Source: Candidatus Methylarchaceae archaeon HK02M2 (GTDB lineage: Archaea > Thermoproteota > Nitrososphaeria > Nitrososphaerales > JACAEJ01). Taken from it: 56,207 bases of DNA. Location of the stretch: positions 1 through 56,207 of the forward strand of contig JAKLZG010000027.1 in the NCBI GenBank assembly GCA_024256165.1. The letters run 5' to 3'. Each line of letters starts with the position of its first letter. Positions within the stretch are counted from its first letter, which is position 1. Made by a program: the position numbers and the translations under genes. The notes under the pieces were generated by a model, which did not search any database, had not been told where the DNA came from, and was given only the letters and a program-made list of their open reading frames with translations. Below, piece after piece: positions 55,036 to 56,207 of this stretch.

Positions 55036-56207
55036 TTACATCTGAAAATACATAACCCTTTTTTTAATCAGTTTTAACAGTCCAAAAAGTATTGATACTA
55101 AGTAAGTAATTAAAATTATAATTAGCAACAGTTGAAATTGTATAGAATAGCTTGAGGCAAAGATCATCGTTGTTAGAAACGGGGTAGCAGTAATGTAACC
55201 TCCCATAATAGGTAAAAAAAGAATGAGAACATAACCCAAGGATATCCCACCCTCTTTCGGCATTTTGATAGAAATTACGGTAAGAACTGTGTAAGCAGAT
55301 GTAAAAGAGGCGATTGCAAGAGTGTTTAAAATAATCCATATAGATGAAAAGCCAGTGAAAGGTAGAGAAAGCAATATCAGCCCTAAAGGAAAGATGAGAG
55401 CGATTATTAAAAGTGCTAAAAAGAATGATTCGAAGTACTCAATTATATGCTTTCCAGAAGTTAGAGGTAACCATAAATTCTCTCTATCAGAATAATTCCA
55501 AGTAGTAGCTATAATAGATGGGACAAGAGCGCTATAGAAAGTTAAAAGAAATAGAGGTGAGGTTGTCGGTACATCTGTGTCTAGTGAAAGTATTGGAAAA
55601 ACTATACTTATTGCCGCATAAATAACGAAAAGTAATATTATTGAAAATAAACTACCGTCTCGGATCATTCGTATCAAATGCTTCTTAGTTAAAAAGCTAG
55701 TCAAAGAGCCCTTAAGAGGATTTAAAGCTAAAAAAGTAGTTAAAGGTCCAAATTTTTCTATCATACTCCTTTGTTTAATAGCTTGAGCTTGGGGTCTACT
55801 TTCACCAAAGGAGAGCATTACAGTAGGCTTTATATGATAAAATAGGTTCTTTTCAGAGATAAAGTAATACAAAATAGAAGCTATAAAGATGAAAGATATC
55901 AGAAACAAGATGTTTGAGAAATCAAGTTGACCTTTACTTAACAGAGAGGTTATTACTTTTGCTGTAAATGTTGATGGGTATGGCATATTGGAATACTCGA
56001 TAGGAAAGAGGTTTACAAAGTTCAAGCTGGGTAGTAAAAGTGCCGCTATAATCGAACCAATCAAGATATTTATCTTAATACTAGACGAGATTAGATTAAG
56101 TATGCCGAGTGTCTGCATAGCCAGTAATGCAAAAATAATAAAAAGCTCGTAGATGAGAATGATGATTAAAGTATCAACAAGCCCTATGATCGAATTTAAA
56201 GTTAAAC
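55036..56207 (-). CDS. polytopic membrane protein (ABC-2-permease-like topology), probably 5'-truncated by the window edge
   Basis: At least 360 aa and highly hydrophobic. The frame stays open and hydrophobic upstream of Met 56118 to the window end. Confidence 0.55.
   Translation of the reverse strand, partial: LTLNSIIGLVDTLIIILIYELFIIFALLAMQTLGILNLISSSIKINILIGSIIAALLLPSLNFVNLFPIEYSNMPYPSTFTAKVITSLLSKGQLDFSNILFLISFIFIASILYYFISEKNLFYHIKPTVMLSFGESRPQAQAIKQRSMIEKFGPLTTFLALNPLKGSLTSFLTKKHLIRMIRDGSLFSIILLFVIYAAISIVFPILSLDTDVPTTSPLFLLTFYSALVPSIIATTWNYSDRENLWLPLTSGKHIIEYFESFFLALLIIALIFPLGLILLSLPFTGFSSIWIILNTLAIASFTSAYTVLTVISIKMPKEGGISLGYVLILFLPIMGGYITATPFLTTMIFASSYSIQFQLLLIIILITYLVSILFGLLKLIKKRVMYFQM

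Noticed and set aside
1-56207. Search by eye for CRISPR arrays, IS elements, integrases, prophage or defence-island signatures, and rRNA or tRNA genes
   Set aside because: I saw no regularly spaced direct repeats, no transposase, integrase or recombinase-like translations, and no GC-rich RNA-gene islands. The window looks like core chromosome. A covariance-model scan (tRNAscan-SE, Infernal) would be needed to be certain about small RNAs.

Overview
AT-rich, very gene-dense archaeal chromosomal segment. Markers: thermosome, TBP, Kae1/Bud32/Pcc1, RNase P protein subunits, an Ard1-type N-acetyltransferase, and the archaeal ADH-synthase/DHQ-synthase-II shikimate route. Unfused kae1 and bud32 and the Ard1 similarity hint at a TACK/Thermoproteota-like lineage, but this is not provable here. 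I call about 60 protein genes. By eye I found no rRNA, tRNA, CRISPR array, transposase or integrase.

Two structures dominate. One is a ~16 kb same-strand aromatic amino-acid supercluster: trpEGDCFBA, aspartokinase, aroA'/aroB'/aroD/aroE/aroK/aroA/aroC, then a chorismate-mutase::aminotransferase fusion. The other is a long minus-strand operon: kae1-bud32-ITPase-rps15-recJ/GAN-like-pcc1.

Several things are not explained by plain ORF calling:
- (i) The only thermosome gene is split by a single frameshift in an A-run.
- (ii) The RNase P Rpp30 gene has no ATG/GTG/TTG start, but has a perfect AGGAGGT Shine-Dalgarno 7 nt upstream of an ATA codon.
- (iii) The conserved N-terminus of trpE lies upstream of any canonical in-frame start. 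A leaderless-looking ATG opens a 10-codon Trp-containing mini-ORF in the +1 frame.
- (iv) TGTACA-type boxes sit between a divergent PadR-like regulator and trpE.
- (v) There is a truncated, frameshifted TldD/PmbA relic.
- (vi) A LarA-like protein seems to lack the known catalytic and cofactor residues.
- (vii) There are a few orphan genes: a Zn-ribbon/coiled-coil pair, a 778-aa secreted beta-helix protein, and others.

I did not recognise a defence or mobile system. The most novel-looking items are the CM::aminotransferase fusion, the aspartokinase embedded in the aro cluster, and the non-canonical start cases. All homology statements come from reading translations by eye; no searches were run.
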